From assembly GCA_014729505.1 (NCBI GenBank), contig WJJS01000015.1, forward strand, positions 35,300-99,299: a DNA stretch of 64,000 nt, given 5' to 3'. Below are positions 28,274 to 38,603 of this stretch, piece after piece. How positions within the stretch are numbered: position 1 is the first letter of the stretch; each line of letters opens with the position of its first letter. The notes beneath the pieces are model-generated. The model saw only the letters and a list, made by a program, of their open reading frames with translations, was not told the DNA's origin and made no database searches. The translations under genes were made by a program, and so were the position numbers. The stretch comes from Candidatus Woesearchaeota archaeon (GTDB lineage: Archaea; Nanobdellota; Nanobdellia; Woesearchaeales; ARS49).

Positions 28274-29904
28274 TCCTCTCTAAACAAGTCAGTAGCAAGA
28301 GCAGAACTTGGAGAGCGAACCACTTGCTCCAGTTTAATATGCGCATATCCAAGACGAGGTTTTTTCTTGCCAGACTGCACCAAATGCACAAGACCATTAT
28401 TTGTTCTCGTCACACCCTTATTTTCAGAGAGCACCTGATACGGATCACCAATAATAACCATCTTCGTACTGATACCGCCACGAGACATGATTCCCTCAAG
28501 CATATCGCGGGTAAACCCCTGTGCTTCATCAATAATCACATACTTATTGGAAATCGTGCGCCCACGCATATACGTTGGAGGTTGCACTTCAAACACTTCA
28601 CGATCCTTTAAACGCTGAATCTGATCCTTAATCTTTTGCAGAGGAACACCTTCAGTACGAAAAATGACAGAGAGCAGATCTTCAGCGGGCTGAGCCCAGG
28701 GCGCCATTTTATCCTTTTCCTTACCCGGCAAATACCCGATATCGCCACCAAGAGTTGCCAAAGAACGCACATACACCACGCCGGAAAACAATCCCTGCTG
28801 TGCCTGATACAATCCTGCAAGAAGCCCAAGATACGTTTTTCCAGTGCCGGCACGACCAATAACTGACAAATGCAGCACATCAGGATTAAGAGCGAGTTCC
28901 ATAAACGCTTTTTGTTCACGATTCAATTCCCAGCTCGTATTAAACGGCAGGTTCACAACCGACTGACGGCCGTTGCCTTTTCGCAGCGTGTTTTGCATTT
29001 TCCAATAATGCGGCGATCCTCTCATAGCAGCACCATCAGCACTCACAAATCCAGTGTATTCTCTATCAGTACCTGTGGCATGCAAAATAACTGCCTGATG
29101 AGGAAAGATATCTCTTGTGACCAGACCAGTAACCCTGTCGAGAGGAATAACTGCCGCATCAACAGATTGAGAAGTGCCGCCATTACCCCGAGCAGCCAAA
29201 CAACTCTTAATCGCATCAAGTTGCTCACTGGATACTTCAACACGCTGAATACCCGTCCACAATTCTCCAAGACGACCAGCACTTTCAAAACGGAACTCTT
29301 CGGCCAGCAAATCAAGCTCGAGCGCCTGAGTTCGCGCGCTAAGATCATTTGACACAAAAATGACACGGGCAAGTCCTGCAAGTTCTTGTTGTGCGCGCAG
29401 AGCGCTCAAAACAATTTTCGTATCCGCATTAGCCTGCAAACGATCTGTTATATCAATTCCGTACTGTTCGCGATCAAGTCGCGCAATCTCATCAGTATAC
29501 CAGGATTTAAACACGACACCGCCTTGAGGACGAACAATACCGCTGCGCAAACATTGAGCATCTTCAAGACCTTTGCGAACGATTTCTTCGATTTCCTGCT
29601 GAGAGCGAAGAGCATTACGGCGAGGCTCCCAGTCCTTGCGATCATTGGCTTTCACAGAGTCGAGTTCCCGCTGCACGATATTGCTCAGTCCCACAACGTT
29701 TGCGCCCGGCGTTTGTGCAGGAGTACCGTCCAGAGAACCACGCAGCTCGCCGAGCAAAATGCGCAAGGCGCGGGGATTTAAACAGAGCACGTTAGTATCC
29801 GGAAAGAAGACCTGTACAGGCCCGCTACCGGCTTTAAGGCTTTTGATTTTGTCTCTCACGGCCTGCCAGTCAGTAGCTAAGAGATTCTTCATAGCACAGA
29901 GCAC
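28270..29904 (-). CDS. PhoH2-like protein: N-terminal PIN domain fused to a PhoH-family ATPase
   Basis: Walker A GRAGTGKT, Walker B VIIDEAQ, C-terminal PhoH region; the N-terminal ~150 aa are PIN-like; 544 aa. Confidence 0.8.
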   Translation of the reverse strand: MLCAMKNLLATDWQAVRDKIKSLKAGSGPVQVFFPDTNVLCLNPRALRILLGELRGSLDGTPAQTPGANVVGLSNIVQRELDSVKANDRKDWEPRRNALRSQQEIEEIVRKGLEDAQCLRSGIVRPQGGVVFKSWYTDEIARLDREQYGIDITDRLQANADTKIVLSALRAQQELAGLARVIFVSNDLSARTQALELDLLAEEFRFESAGRLGELWTGIQRVEVSSEQLDAIKSCLAARGNGGTSQSVDAAVIPLDRVTGLVTRDIFPHQAVILHATGTDREYTGFVSADGAAMRGSPHYWKMQNTLRKGNGRQSVVNLPFNTSWELNREQKAFMELALNPDVLHLSVIGRAGTGKTYLGLLAGLYQAQQGLFSGVVYVRSLATLGGDIGYLPGKEKDKMAPWAQPAEDLLSVIFRTEGVPLQKIKDQIQRLKDREVFEVQPPTYMRGRTISNKYVIIDEAQGFTRDMLEGIMSRGGISTKMVIIGDPYQVLSENKGVTRTNNGLVHLVQSGKKKPRLGYAHIKLEQVVRSPSSALATDLFRED

Positions 29905-30100
29905 CAGCGCGTGCTTATTAATGACATCTGTAATATATTCTGTATATTACAATTATATTCTCACGCGTACGCTTTATAAATGCCCATTTATTGTAATGGT
30001 ATTGTTGGCCATTCCTTCCTAGTGCCTAGCTTACTCGAACTTCAGAAACGACTCATAAGTGTCACTAAATAGTAGTTAATATTCGAAAGATTTAAATAGG

Positions 30101-30994
30101 GTGTTTTCCAAGAGTAGACACATGTATCAAAGAAAGGTGACATCAGTACAACACGTACGATCAGTTGCGATCACAAGCCTTTGTTACGTGGCAACGATCG
30201 CACTACTCTCCCTCCTACTCGTGGAGCATATCGCCTTGGTATTTCTCGGTATGCTCCCCTTTTTACTACATCTCTTTATCAACTTTATCCCCTTTCCAAA
30301 AAAGACCTCGCTACGTATGTGGGCGAGTGCTCCACTTGGCGCACTTGCGCTTTACGCAGTATGGGCGGCAGGTATCCTACCAACAATTAACAACATGGAC
30401 GGGCCTGCAGTCACCGTACTCAACCTCCTCTTTTCTTACGCAGCAAACGGACTAGCACTATTTGCACTGCGCATGCCAGCACGAGTCAAAGTCAAGACCC
30501 GAAAAGAAATCATAGAAGTACCGAAAATAGAAACGAAATACGTGCGCCTGCCCAGCAACGATCAACAATATCAAAAAGAAATAGCGCGCTTACGCACACA
30601 ACTTGCACAACAAGAAACAGTAGAAACATCACTACGAAGCATAGAAGACAAATGCAAATCAATAAATTTTGTGATCGGCAGAGTCTACAGTGACAAAAAT
30701 GGCGGCAGCAAAGAACTGCGCAACACACTTCGCATTGACCGCGAACTCTACAATACCTTTTCAGCATTGACACAAAACCTCGCCGCAGAAGAAGTGCCAA
30801 AGTTACGAAGAGTACTTGGACGATTGCACACCGCTTTACACCGTTTAAAACGTCCGGAAAGCGAACTGATTACAGGGGGTCGACAAGACAGCGTGATCAC
30901 TATTTTAACACAGGACAAAGACCCGGTGCAAGATTACTTTACAGAAGCAACAGAGATTACCTCACGATTACTCAAACAGTTTAGACACAGGTGA
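30101..30994 (+). CDS. membrane protein with C-terminal coiled coil
   Basis: 4 TM helices then a helical/coiled region. Confidence 0.45.
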   Translation: MFSKSRHMYQRKVTSVQHVRSVAITSLCYVATIALLSLLLVEHIALVFLGMLPFLLHLFINFIPFPKKTSLRMWASAPLGALALYAVWAAGILPTINNMDGPAVTVLNLLFSYAANGLALFALRMPARVKVKTRKEIIEVPKIETKYVRLPSNDQQYQKEIARLRTQLAQQETVETSLRSIEDKCKSINFVIGRVYSDKNGGSKELRNTLRIDRELYNTFSALTQNLAAEEVPKLRRVLGRLHTALHRLKRPESELITGGRQDSVITILTQDKDPVQDYFTEATEITSRLLKQFRHR

Positions 30995-31995
30995 CAACAA
31001 TGACAACAATCATATGGTTTGAACACATGTACCAGCCGGCGTGGAACAACAACGCGTACGGCACTTGGGATCCACAACGAATGATACAGGAATGTTATCG
31101 GCCGAATGCCAAACTCATGAAAAAACTCGGTGTCAAAATCAATATGAACATCACCCAAACGATGTATGACTTCTTCAAAGAGAACCATGCACTCGATGTC
31201 TTGGAAATATACAAAGAACTCGGCGCGCAAATAGAATACGTCGGATCAACAGCGCATCACATTCTAGCTATCGATCAATTCGCGCGAGTACTGCCTGCAG
31301 AAATCGAACAACAACATACTTTCATTGAACACTATTTTGGTCAATCGCCAACAACATTCTTCCCACCCGAAATGGCAATTGACAACACTACAGAAACGAC
31401 AGCAAAGAACGCAGGTTACAAAGGATTGATCGTCTCGGGCGGTAAGCCAAACTTTGCCACCTATGAAACAACAGGAGTCTTTGAAAACCAGATAAAGATA
31501 TTTCCACACCACAACAACTTGTCAGGACAATTCGCGTTTCCCGTCAACGGCTTTAGCAGCGATCACGATTTGCAACGCGTCATCGACACTGTAGAACAAT
31601 GCACACTTCCAGTACTATTCGCATTTGATCATGAAAGTTTTGGAGGATACCATAATCCGAACGTCCTCGCCATGAAAAAACGCTTCTTTGAAACAGGAAA
31701 AGAACGAGGATGGAACTTTGTGCACTTTTCGGACTTACTCGATAGTAAATCATATGGTCGTGTCACATTGCAACCAACAACATGGGTAGGTAGTTACGGC
31801 AAATGGGACAAAATGCCAGAGAGAAGCGCAGTAATTACCAAAGCACTTGCAAGCATGACCATGCACAACCAACAATATCTGCGAAAATGGGTGCTGCCTA
31901 GCTGTCATTTACACGTAGATTACGCAACAGACTTATTCTGGAACTATGTGAGAAAAGCACAAATTCCCGCACTGACCGTCAACGCGCAGGACTGA
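30991..31995 (+). CDS. GH57-like / polysaccharide-processing family protein (divergent second copy)
   Basis: N-terminal IWFEHMYQPAW resembles the GH57 HQP motif and FDHESFG parallels the DYETFG region of the upstream GH57; tentative. Confidence 0.4.
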   Translation: MTTMTTIIWFEHMYQPAWNNNAYGTWDPQRMIQECYRPNAKLMKKLGVKINMNITQTMYDFFKENHALDVLEIYKELGAQIEYVGSTAHHILAIDQFARVLPAEIEQQHTFIEHYFGQSPTTFFPPEMAIDNTTETTAKNAGYKGLIVSGGKPNFATYETTGVFENQIKIFPHHNNLSGQFAFPVNGFSSDHDLQRVIDTVEQCTLPVLFAFDHESFGGYHNPNVLAMKKRFFETGKERGWNFVHFSDLLDSKSYGRVTLQPTTWVGSYGKWDKMPERSAVITKALASMTMHNQQYLRKWVLPSCHLHVDYATDLFWNYVRKAQIPALTVNAQD

Positions 31996-32157
31996 AACAT
32001 ATGAAACGTCACTCCATCATTGCACAGCACATACTTCTCTTAACGAAGTCCAGACCCTCTTCGTGCAGCAAAGCCGAAACAACTGTTCGATTACCGGAGT
32101 TTCGCCAATGTTCTGCTGCCAAAACCATTAAATACTTCTTTTCCTCTTTTCCCATAT

Positions 32158-32715
32158 ATGGCTCTATCAAGCATACTGCTCGTGGTGGTGATTATTGCAG
32201 TACTTGTCGGCCTGTTTTTTCTCTACAAAATCGTCACTAAACTCATACGCATTATCATGACCATAGTGCTTGTAGGACTCATAATCGCTGCAGGAATAGG
32301 AGCGTACAGCAGTGCCACCTCATTTTCAGATGCACATCGCCTGTTTCTCTTCACAGAAAACAATACTACACTTGTAGCATTTGAAAAAATGGACGACAAT
32401 AGCAGCGCACTTCTTGACATCCCAAGCAGTACCAGTGCATACGAGTACATCATCACGGTAACACCGCAGGCCTTAGCACATCTCACAGAAGTACAGTTTG
32501 GAGGTGAAGGACGTACTTACAAAGAGATGCTGGAAGTTATCAAAGGCGAGGACAAAAGACGAGCAAGCCTTGCATTTATAGAAACATATGACACTGCAAA
32601 CAAAGGATTATGGATCATCAGACAAATGAAAAAGAGCACGATTGCCGTACAACCATCGCCCTTTGCATTCAGACTCGGCACATGGATGCCAGATTTCGTG
32701 CTCGGGAGCGACTAA
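32158..32715 (+). CDS. membrane protein
   Basis: Two N-terminal TM helices plus a globular region. Confidence 0.4.
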   Translation: MALSSILLVVVIIAVLVGLFFLYKIVTKLIRIIMTIVLVGLIIAAGIGAYSSATSFSDAHRLFLFTENNTTLVAFEKMDDNSSALLDIPSSTSAYEYIITVTPQALAHLTEVQFGGEGRTYKEMLEVIKGEDKRRASLAFIETYDTANKGLWIIRQMKKSTIAVQPSPFAFRLGTWMPDFVLGSD

Positions 32716-33039
32716 ATGGGAATACTCAATAAGATCATGTTTTGGAAAAAAGACGAAGACGAATTCACATTGGACGAACCGGACACTGAAGAAGTGGGTC
32801 CGCCAAAAGACGCCGTACCGCCACCACCAGGCCCGTCGGGAAGCGATCCGATAGTACAACCCATCAAAGAAGCAACACCGCCCCCCGCATTAAGTCCCTC
32901 TGCAGACATGCAACCATCACACTCTGGCAAAAGCCTTGAAAAAGATGTACAAATCATGCAAGCAAAACTCGATTCCATCAATGCAAAACTCGATGCCGTT
33001 CTTTCGCGAATAGAACGCATAGAAAGCAAACGCATATGA
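32716..33039 (+). CDS. Pro-rich / coiled-coil small protein
   Basis: PPPPGPSG linker and C-terminal coiled coil; tightly coupled to the neighbouring genes. Confidence 0.35.
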   Translation: MGILNKIMFWKKDEDEFTLDEPDTEEVGPPKDAVPPPPGPSGSDPIVQPIKEATPPPALSPSADMQPSHSGKSLEKDVQIMQAKLDSINAKLDAVLSRIERIESKRI

Positions 33040-33485
33040 AGCATTCGAGACTTTTTTTTCTTCTTACTGTTCTCATTCTCCTCCTCGATCAGATCACAAA
33101 ATGGATAGTGAGAAGCAGTTTAACAATGGGAGAAAGCATCCCGTTACTGCCGGGAGTCCTGCACTTTACGCGCATACATAATACCGGAGCAGCTTTTGGA
33201 CTGTTACAACACTATACAACAGTACTTATAGTCATCAGTTTTATCGTCTTGATCTTTTTTGTCTATGCCTACCGCGATATCGTAGGACAACAATCAACAA
33301 GCATCTTTGGTGCGCTCATCCTTGCAGGAGCACTCGGTAATCTCATAGACCGATTATTCTTTGGCTATGTCACGGATTTTATTGACTTTCTCATATGGCC
33401 GGCATTCAATATTGCAGATACCGCACTGACTGTGGGAGGAATCAGCGTCGTCGCTTTGTACTTGTTCACCAAAACACTTAAATAA
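33036..33485 (+). CDS. lspA: lipoprotein signal peptidase (signal peptidase II)
   Basis: LspA motifs NTGAAFG, GNLIDR, FNIADTA across 4 TM helices. Confidence 0.8.
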   Translation: MKHSRLFFLLTVLILLLDQITKWIVRSSLTMGESIPLLPGVLHFTRIHNTGAAFGLLQHYTTVLIVISFIVLIFFVYAYRDIVGQQSTSIFGALILAGALGNLIDRLFFGYVTDFIDFLIWPAFNIADTALTVGGISVVALYLFTKTLK

Positions 33486-33511
33486 GCTATACCCTTTCCT
33501 GTCGACGAGAG

Positions 33512-33817
33512 GTGAACAATATTTCCTTAGACCTGTTTTCCATCGTGTATGGCAGCACACAGTTTGCCACTGCACTTCTAGCTCTTGTTGCCATACTCTT
33601 ATCACTTGTCCTTTTTGCACGAGCAAAGCAGGATGCCGCATGGAAACTACTGGCTGTAGGATTCATTCTCTTTGGCATACGCGCGGTCATCGGCGCTTTG
33701 GAAACATTCTCCATTACCAGTGCCCCAGTACTATATGAACTCTCCTTGACAGGAGCATTACTCTTTTTAACAATCGCAGTAGTAGCAAGAATCGCCACAA
33801 AGGGGGCGAGACTATGA
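33512..33817 (+). CDS. small membrane protein
   Basis: 3 TM helices. Confidence 0.3.
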   Translation: MNNISLDLFSIVYGSTQFATALLALVAILLSLVLFARAKQDAAWKLLAVGFILFGIRAVIGALETFSITSAPVLYELSLTGALLFLTIAVVARIATKGARL

Positions 33818-34101
33818 ATCTTGATACTGCATTACTTACTGCCGCACCATTTTTTCACCTGATGCTATTCTTCCTTCTAGGAGGGGTATTCATCGTTCTC
33901 TTGACTTTACGCAAGGAAAAAGAGGTGCTACTGCCGTGGAAAGTCATCTTCGCGGCAGTACTCCTCCTCTTAGTAGAACTCGCCCTAGGCATTGCAGCAG
34001 GGTACAGTGGCAGCATTATCGTCGTACGAGGATTTCTCGACCTTCTTGCAAGCACACTGTTTATCTACGCCATACTCGTACAACTAGAATTACTTCGATA
34101 A
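33814..34101 (+). CDS. small membrane protein
   Basis: 3 TM helices; ATGA-coupled to the previous gene. Confidence 0.3.
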   Translation: MNLDTALLTAAPFFHLMLFFLLGGVFIVLLTLRKEKEVLLPWKVIFAAVLLLLVELALGIAAGYSGSIIVVRGFLDLLASTLFIYAILVQLELLR

Positions 34102-34386
34102 AGGTATTCTCGTATATTTTTTACAACCCGTACAAAAAATAACGACCTTACCATTCTGCACCCTGACACGCGCATTCTTGCCAGGCACGAGATACGCGTA
34201 ACAATGTTTGCAAAACTTACGCTTTAACGCCCGCGGAATACGCACCTTAAAACGCATAGCAATCTTTCGAGCAAGACTGACATAACGCGTAGACAGCGCA
34301 GGATCAATAGAAAACACTTCTGCAGCTAGCTCAAACAATTCATGAATACGCTTTCTAGCAATACGCTTAAACGCCTGTTTTGCCAT
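34090..34386 (-). CDS. rnp4: RNase P protein component 4 (Rpp21/Rpr2)
   Basis: N-terminal helical region (IARKRIHELFELAAE) plus C-terminal zinc ribbon CKHC...CTGC. Confidence 0.7.
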   Translation of the reverse strand: MAKQAFKRIARKRIHELFELAAEVFSIDPALSTRYVSLARKIAMRFKVRIPRALKRKFCKHCYAYLVPGKNARVRVQNGKVVIFCTGCKKYTRIPLSK

Positions 34387-34420
34387 AAGACCTATAAATG
34401 ACGAGTGCTATAAAAGCTCT

Positions 34421-35629
34421 ATGTTTCGATTTTTGAAGAAATGGCTGGCAAAACCAGAACACATCGCCTGGGAAGACCTAGAACAGGAACTGCAAAATAG
34501 GGTACAAGAAAAAGAAAAAGAATTCAAAAAACATATTGAAGAACTGAATGTCATGCTCACAACACAAGTGGAACACACCACAAGTCAATGCAGTGAATTT
34601 CTCAAAAAAACACTACACAATGACAAAATCACAAAGCGAGAAAAACAATTCATGCAAGGAAACCGCGAAGCATATGTTAAAGCACTCACGCAATACGTCC
34701 ATCAATTACCCGTATTTTCCCGCCAGAACTTTTTTAACCAAATACAAGAATACAAAGAAAAAAGCACACAATTGGCAGAAAAAGTACAACGACCAAAACA
34801 AATACTCTCACATTTCTTTGCACGAGAACTACGAGAAATAGAAGCGCCGCTAAAAACAGTAGCAGAACAACTGCAACGCATAGAGCACTACTATACTACA
34901 TCACAACTTCAAAGTACTACAGAATTACTTAAGGATCTCAAAACATATGCTGCACAGGTACAAGAAAAAAAGAAAACAACCGAAGCACTAACAAAAAAAA
35001 GAGCAGAATATTCAACACTGCAAAAACGAAAAGAAAAAATCGATGAAAAAATGCAACAATTACGCGACGGAGCCCGACTTAGACAGGCAAAACAAGAGAT
35101 CACACAATTAAAAAAAAGAGTGCAAGATATTCAAGAACAAATAACAGATCTTTTCGCATCGCTTCGCAGTCCTCTAAAAAAATATGCAAAGCAATACCGC
35201 CGGCCACTGGCAGCACAATACAGTCAAGACTCATTAGAAGCACTTTCACAGGATATGGATCTGCGCATAAATACTGTCTTAAAAGAATGCAATGATGCTC
35301 TACATTCTCTTGATCTAAAGCCAGACAAGCTACAGAAAGCACAACAAGCATTCAATGAGGTAACACCCTCCTTACTGTCAACACTACAGCAACAACACGC
35401 ACTGACAACAAAAAGATACGAACAAGCATTACAAGAGCTTCGAGAACATCCAGACATGGTCACACTACAAGATCTCAAAGAGCAACTGGCAATGACAGAA
35501 GATGCGATTACTGCAGTACAGCATGAAATAACCAGTCATGAAAAACAATTACAATCATTTGCCCCAGAATCATTGCACCACTCCATTATCAGACGGGCAC
35601 GAGAACGACTTCGCATAGTTGTTACTTAA
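34421..35629 (+). CDS. long coiled-coil protein
   Basis: 402 aa, almost entirely heptad-like Lys/Glu/Gln-rich helices. Confidence 0.45.
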   Translation: MFRFLKKWLAKPEHIAWEDLEQELQNRVQEKEKEFKKHIEELNVMLTTQVEHTTSQCSEFLKKTLHNDKITKREKQFMQGNREAYVKALTQYVHQLPVFSRQNFFNQIQEYKEKSTQLAEKVQRPKQILSHFFARELREIEAPLKTVAEQLQRIEHYYTTSQLQSTTELLKDLKTYAAQVQEKKKTTEALTKKRAEYSTLQKRKEKIDEKMQQLRDGARLRQAKQEITQLKKRVQDIQEQITDLFASLRSPLKKYAKQYRRPLAAQYSQDSLEALSQDMDLRINTVLKECNDALHSLDLKPDKLQKAQQAFNEVTPSLLSTLQQQHALTTKRYEQALQELREHPDMVTLQDLKEQLAMTEDAITAVQHEITSHEKQLQSFAPESLHHSIIRRARERLRIVVT

Positions 35630-36857
35630 TTTTTTTGCTGCGACGAAGCGCTGTTACTGCAGGCAGTTCAAGACCTGCAACAAGTGTTAAAGCTGCACCG
35701 CCGCCGGTACTCATGAAATCGATGTTTTTAGCAAGACGTAAACGATGTACTGCTGTAGCACTGTCACCGCCGCCAATCACACTAAATGTTTTACTCTTTG
35801 CAATAACCCTACTAATCTGATTTGTCGCCTTTGAAAATTTCGAAACTTCATACCATCCAAGAGGACCATTCCAAAAAAGCGTTTTGGAGCTCTTAACACT
35901 CTTTGAAAAAAGTTCGACTGTTTGAGGACCAACATCAAAACCTGCATGAGTACTCGGAATAGCTGACGAAGAGACAATTACCGCTCTGGAATTCTTATCT
36001 TTAGCAGCAACTACATCAGGAGCAAGAATAATTTTGCCAGGATATGATTGTAGCAACCGACGAGCAAGATCAATCTTATCATCCTCTACAGGGCTCTTAC
36101 CAACAGAACCACCTTGAGCTTTAACAAAAGTAAACAGCATTGCACCGCCAATCAGCACTTTATCAGCTGACTTGAGCAGAGCCTTAAGCACGTCAATCTT
36201 TGAATACACCTTTGCACCACCCAATAACGCGACAAACGGACGTTTAGGCCTGTTTAGCAAAGAACCGAGAACGTCAAGCTCTTCAATTAATCGCAAACCT
36301 GCAAGACCTGGCAAGAATTGAGGAACGCCCACCATAGATGCATGCTTTCGATGACAATTACTAAACGCCTCATTAACATACGCCTGCGCAAGTTGTGACA
36401 ACTGCTTTGCAAAAAGTTTGTCATTAGCTTTCTCCTCAGGATAAAAACGAACATTCTCCAACATGAGGATATCCTTTGGTCCGAGTTTTTGCACTTCCAA
36501 AAGTGTGTGAGCACCAATACAATCAGTTGTATGAAACACTCTCGTCTTGATCAGTTCTGACAATCGCGCTGCGAGCTTTGCTGTTCTGAACCGCTTCTCA
36601 CGATTTTTAGGACGTCCCAAATGCGTCAATAACAAAATCCTGCAGTTCTTTTTTCGCAAATAGGAAATAGTAGGAATCGCGGCACGAATACGATAGTCAG
36701 AAACAAGACGTCCCTTATCATCGAGTGGTTCGTTAAAATCAACACGAACAAGAACGGTTTTGTTCTTCACATTCGCATTAGCAATAGATGTACAATCCAT
36801 CTGAGGACCTCCTTTACTCACTTGATGTGCGCAACCTTTTAAATCTTTTTTTTCCAA
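35622..36857 (-). CDS. pgk: phosphoglycerate kinase
   Basis: VLVRVDFNEPLD N-terminal motif and full PGK length; true start probably the internal Met at 36800. Confidence 0.9.
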   Translation of the reverse strand: MEKKDLKGCAHQVSKGGPQMDCTSIANANVKNKTVLVRVDFNEPLDDKGRLVSDYRIRAAIPTISYLRKKNCRILLLTHLGRPKNREKRFRTAKLAARLSELIKTRVFHTTDCIGAHTLLEVQKLGPKDILMLENVRFYPEEKANDKLFAKQLSQLAQAYVNEAFSNCHRKHASMVGVPQFLPGLAGLRLIEELDVLGSLLNRPKRPFVALLGGAKVYSKIDVLKALLKSADKVLIGGAMLFTFVKAQGGSVGKSPVEDDKIDLARRLLQSYPGKIILAPDVVAAKDKNSRAVIVSSSAIPSTHAGFDVGPQTVELFSKSVKSSKTLFWNGPLGWYEVSKFSKATNQISRVIAKSKTFSVIGGGDSATAVHRLRLAKNIDFMSTGGGAALTLVAGLELPAVTALRRSKKIK

Positions 36858-36890
36858 ACACTTAAATAGAATGCTTTTGAAAAGCGCAGT

Positions 36891-37940
36891 ATGTCATTTC
36901 AAGGTACTGCACTGCGCGTTGTTGCCGCAGAAAAAATAGAACAACAACCTCTCACCATATCCCGCATTCCCGAAAACCACGTCCTCGTCTCTCCAGTACT
37001 TGCAGGGATCTGCCAATCAGATCTTCGCTATTATTTTGGCAGACGATCACCAGAAGTACTTAAAAAAAAATATCCACTCGCATTACTACATGAAGGAGTG
37101 TGTAAAGTAGAAGAAGCAACAGCGCAATTTGACAAAGGAGAATTAGTTGTTCTTATACCAAATATTCCATGCACTGTTCATCAGGGAGACAACTGTTATT
37201 CATGCACACACGGACTGCCGGAAAATTTCTGCCAAAATGTGCGATTCATGTCAAGCAGTGTAGACGGCATGACACAATCTCTTTTCGTACAACATTCCAG
37301 TTGTCTTGCACGCATCCCAGAACACGTAAGCAAAGAATGCGCAGTCCTCGCAGAATTATTATCAGTCAGCCACTGCGCACTGCAAGCACAAAAAGTAAAA
37401 AGCACTGACCGCGTTATAATCTTTGGTGCCGGACCAACAGGATATCTCTGTGCCAACTTTTTCTCATCATTTTATGGAATTACCAAAGATCGCTTATACC
37501 TCGCAGACATACAAAAAGATAGGTTACAACGAGCACAAGATTTTGCGCAAACACTAGTAATTGGACAAGACACTTTGCCAAGAAATGTTGATCTGGCAGT
37601 AGAATGTGTTGGACGACACCACGCAGCAAAAGCAATAAAGACCGCACAGGAATGCCTGCGAGTGCAGGGAACCCTATTATTGCTTGGCGTAAGCGAAGAA
37701 CCACTCCCCATAGCTACACGACCACTCCTTGAAAAAGGAATACGAATGGTAGGTTCGACGAGAAGCGGACGCAAAGATTTCCCGCCCGTGCTTGAACTCA
37801 TGACTGATGAACAATTCTCACAACGCATACTGCGCATACTTGACGAGAAACGTTTTACCGCAACAAAAGAAGGACTGACAAACGCTTTTACCTATGCAGA
37901 TCAAGGACGAGGAACAAAAGTACTACTAACGTGGACTTAA
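36891..37940 (+). CDS. Zn-dependent medium-chain dehydrogenase/reductase (threonine/sorbitol/alcohol dehydrogenase-like)
   Basis: GICQSDLRYY (GxCxSDxH-like catalytic Zn motif), a structural-Zn Cys cluster, and a Rossmann GAGPTG. Confidence 0.75.
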   Translation: MSFQGTALRVVAAEKIEQQPLTISRIPENHVLVSPVLAGICQSDLRYYFGRRSPEVLKKKYPLALLHEGVCKVEEATAQFDKGELVVLIPNIPCTVHQGDNCYSCTHGLPENFCQNVRFMSSSVDGMTQSLFVQHSSCLARIPEHVSKECAVLAELLSVSHCALQAQKVKSTDRVIIFGAGPTGYLCANFFSSFYGITKDRLYLADIQKDRLQRAQDFAQTLVIGQDTLPRNVDLAVECVGRHHAAKAIKTAQECLRVQGTLLLLGVSEEPLPIATRPLLEKGIRMVGSTRSGRKDFPPVLELMTDEQFSQRILRILDEKRFTATKEGLTNAFTYADQGRGTKVLLTWT

Positions 37941-37995
37941 GTGAAGGCCTGCGTTCTCTATGTCACCTCACTCCTTTTTTTTCAAAACACACATC

Positions 37996-38550
37996 TTAAC
38001 GCCATGAAGAAATAACTTTCCAATTCTTTGCAAGAAATTCCACAAGCGCATAATACGCTTCAAGCGTTGCAACAACCATGGTCCAAAAAACAATAACATA
38101 CATGTATTGAGCAATAAAAGAAGAATAGGGAGCCAAAGCAAAAAGAGCAGAAGCAATAATAATCGTGATCACTTGCAAGCCAAACTTAATCTTGCCACTC
38201 CATTCAGATTTAAGAATAACCCCCTCTGCCTTGACCATACTGCGAATGCCAGTCACCAGATAATCACGAAAGAGCATAAGTATAACAAGCCACATAGGAA
38301 TAATTCCCAAATCCCCGAGAGTAATTAAGGAAAAGGCAACAAGGATCTTATCAACAAACTGGTCATAAAATGCACCAAACTTTGTTTGCAAACCCCTCTT
38401 TCGAGCAATATATCCATCGAGAAAATCAGTAACCCACGCGAGAATAACCAGAAAGGGAACAACCATTCTTGTCAACGGAATATACAAAAAAATCACAATA
38501 AGCGGTACAAGAAGCAAACGAATAGTAACCAGCGTATTAGGAATATTCAT
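37996..38550 (-). CDS. CDP-alcohol phosphatidyltransferase
   Basis: Signature DFLDGYIARKRGLQTKFGAFYDQFVDKI (D-G-x2-AR-x8-G-x3-D-x3-D). Confidence 0.8.
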   Translation of the reverse strand: MNIPNTLVTIRLLLVPLIVIFLYIPLTRMVVPFLVILAWVTDFLDGYIARKRGLQTKFGAFYDQFVDKILVAFSLITLGDLGIIPMWLVILMLFRDYLVTGIRSMVKAEGVILKSEWSGKIKFGLQVITIIIASALFALAPYSSFIAQYMYVIVFWTMVVATLEAYYALVEFLAKNWKVISSWR

Positions 38551-38603
38551 ATTCTGCGTGCAAAGAGAGAATCTTTATATACATTTCTACGTTTTTTTGA
38601 CAT

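Noticed and set aside
32001-32240. 79-aa ORF upstream of, and overlapping, the membrane protein gene
   Set aside because: It overlaps the better start at 32158 and has no supporting features.
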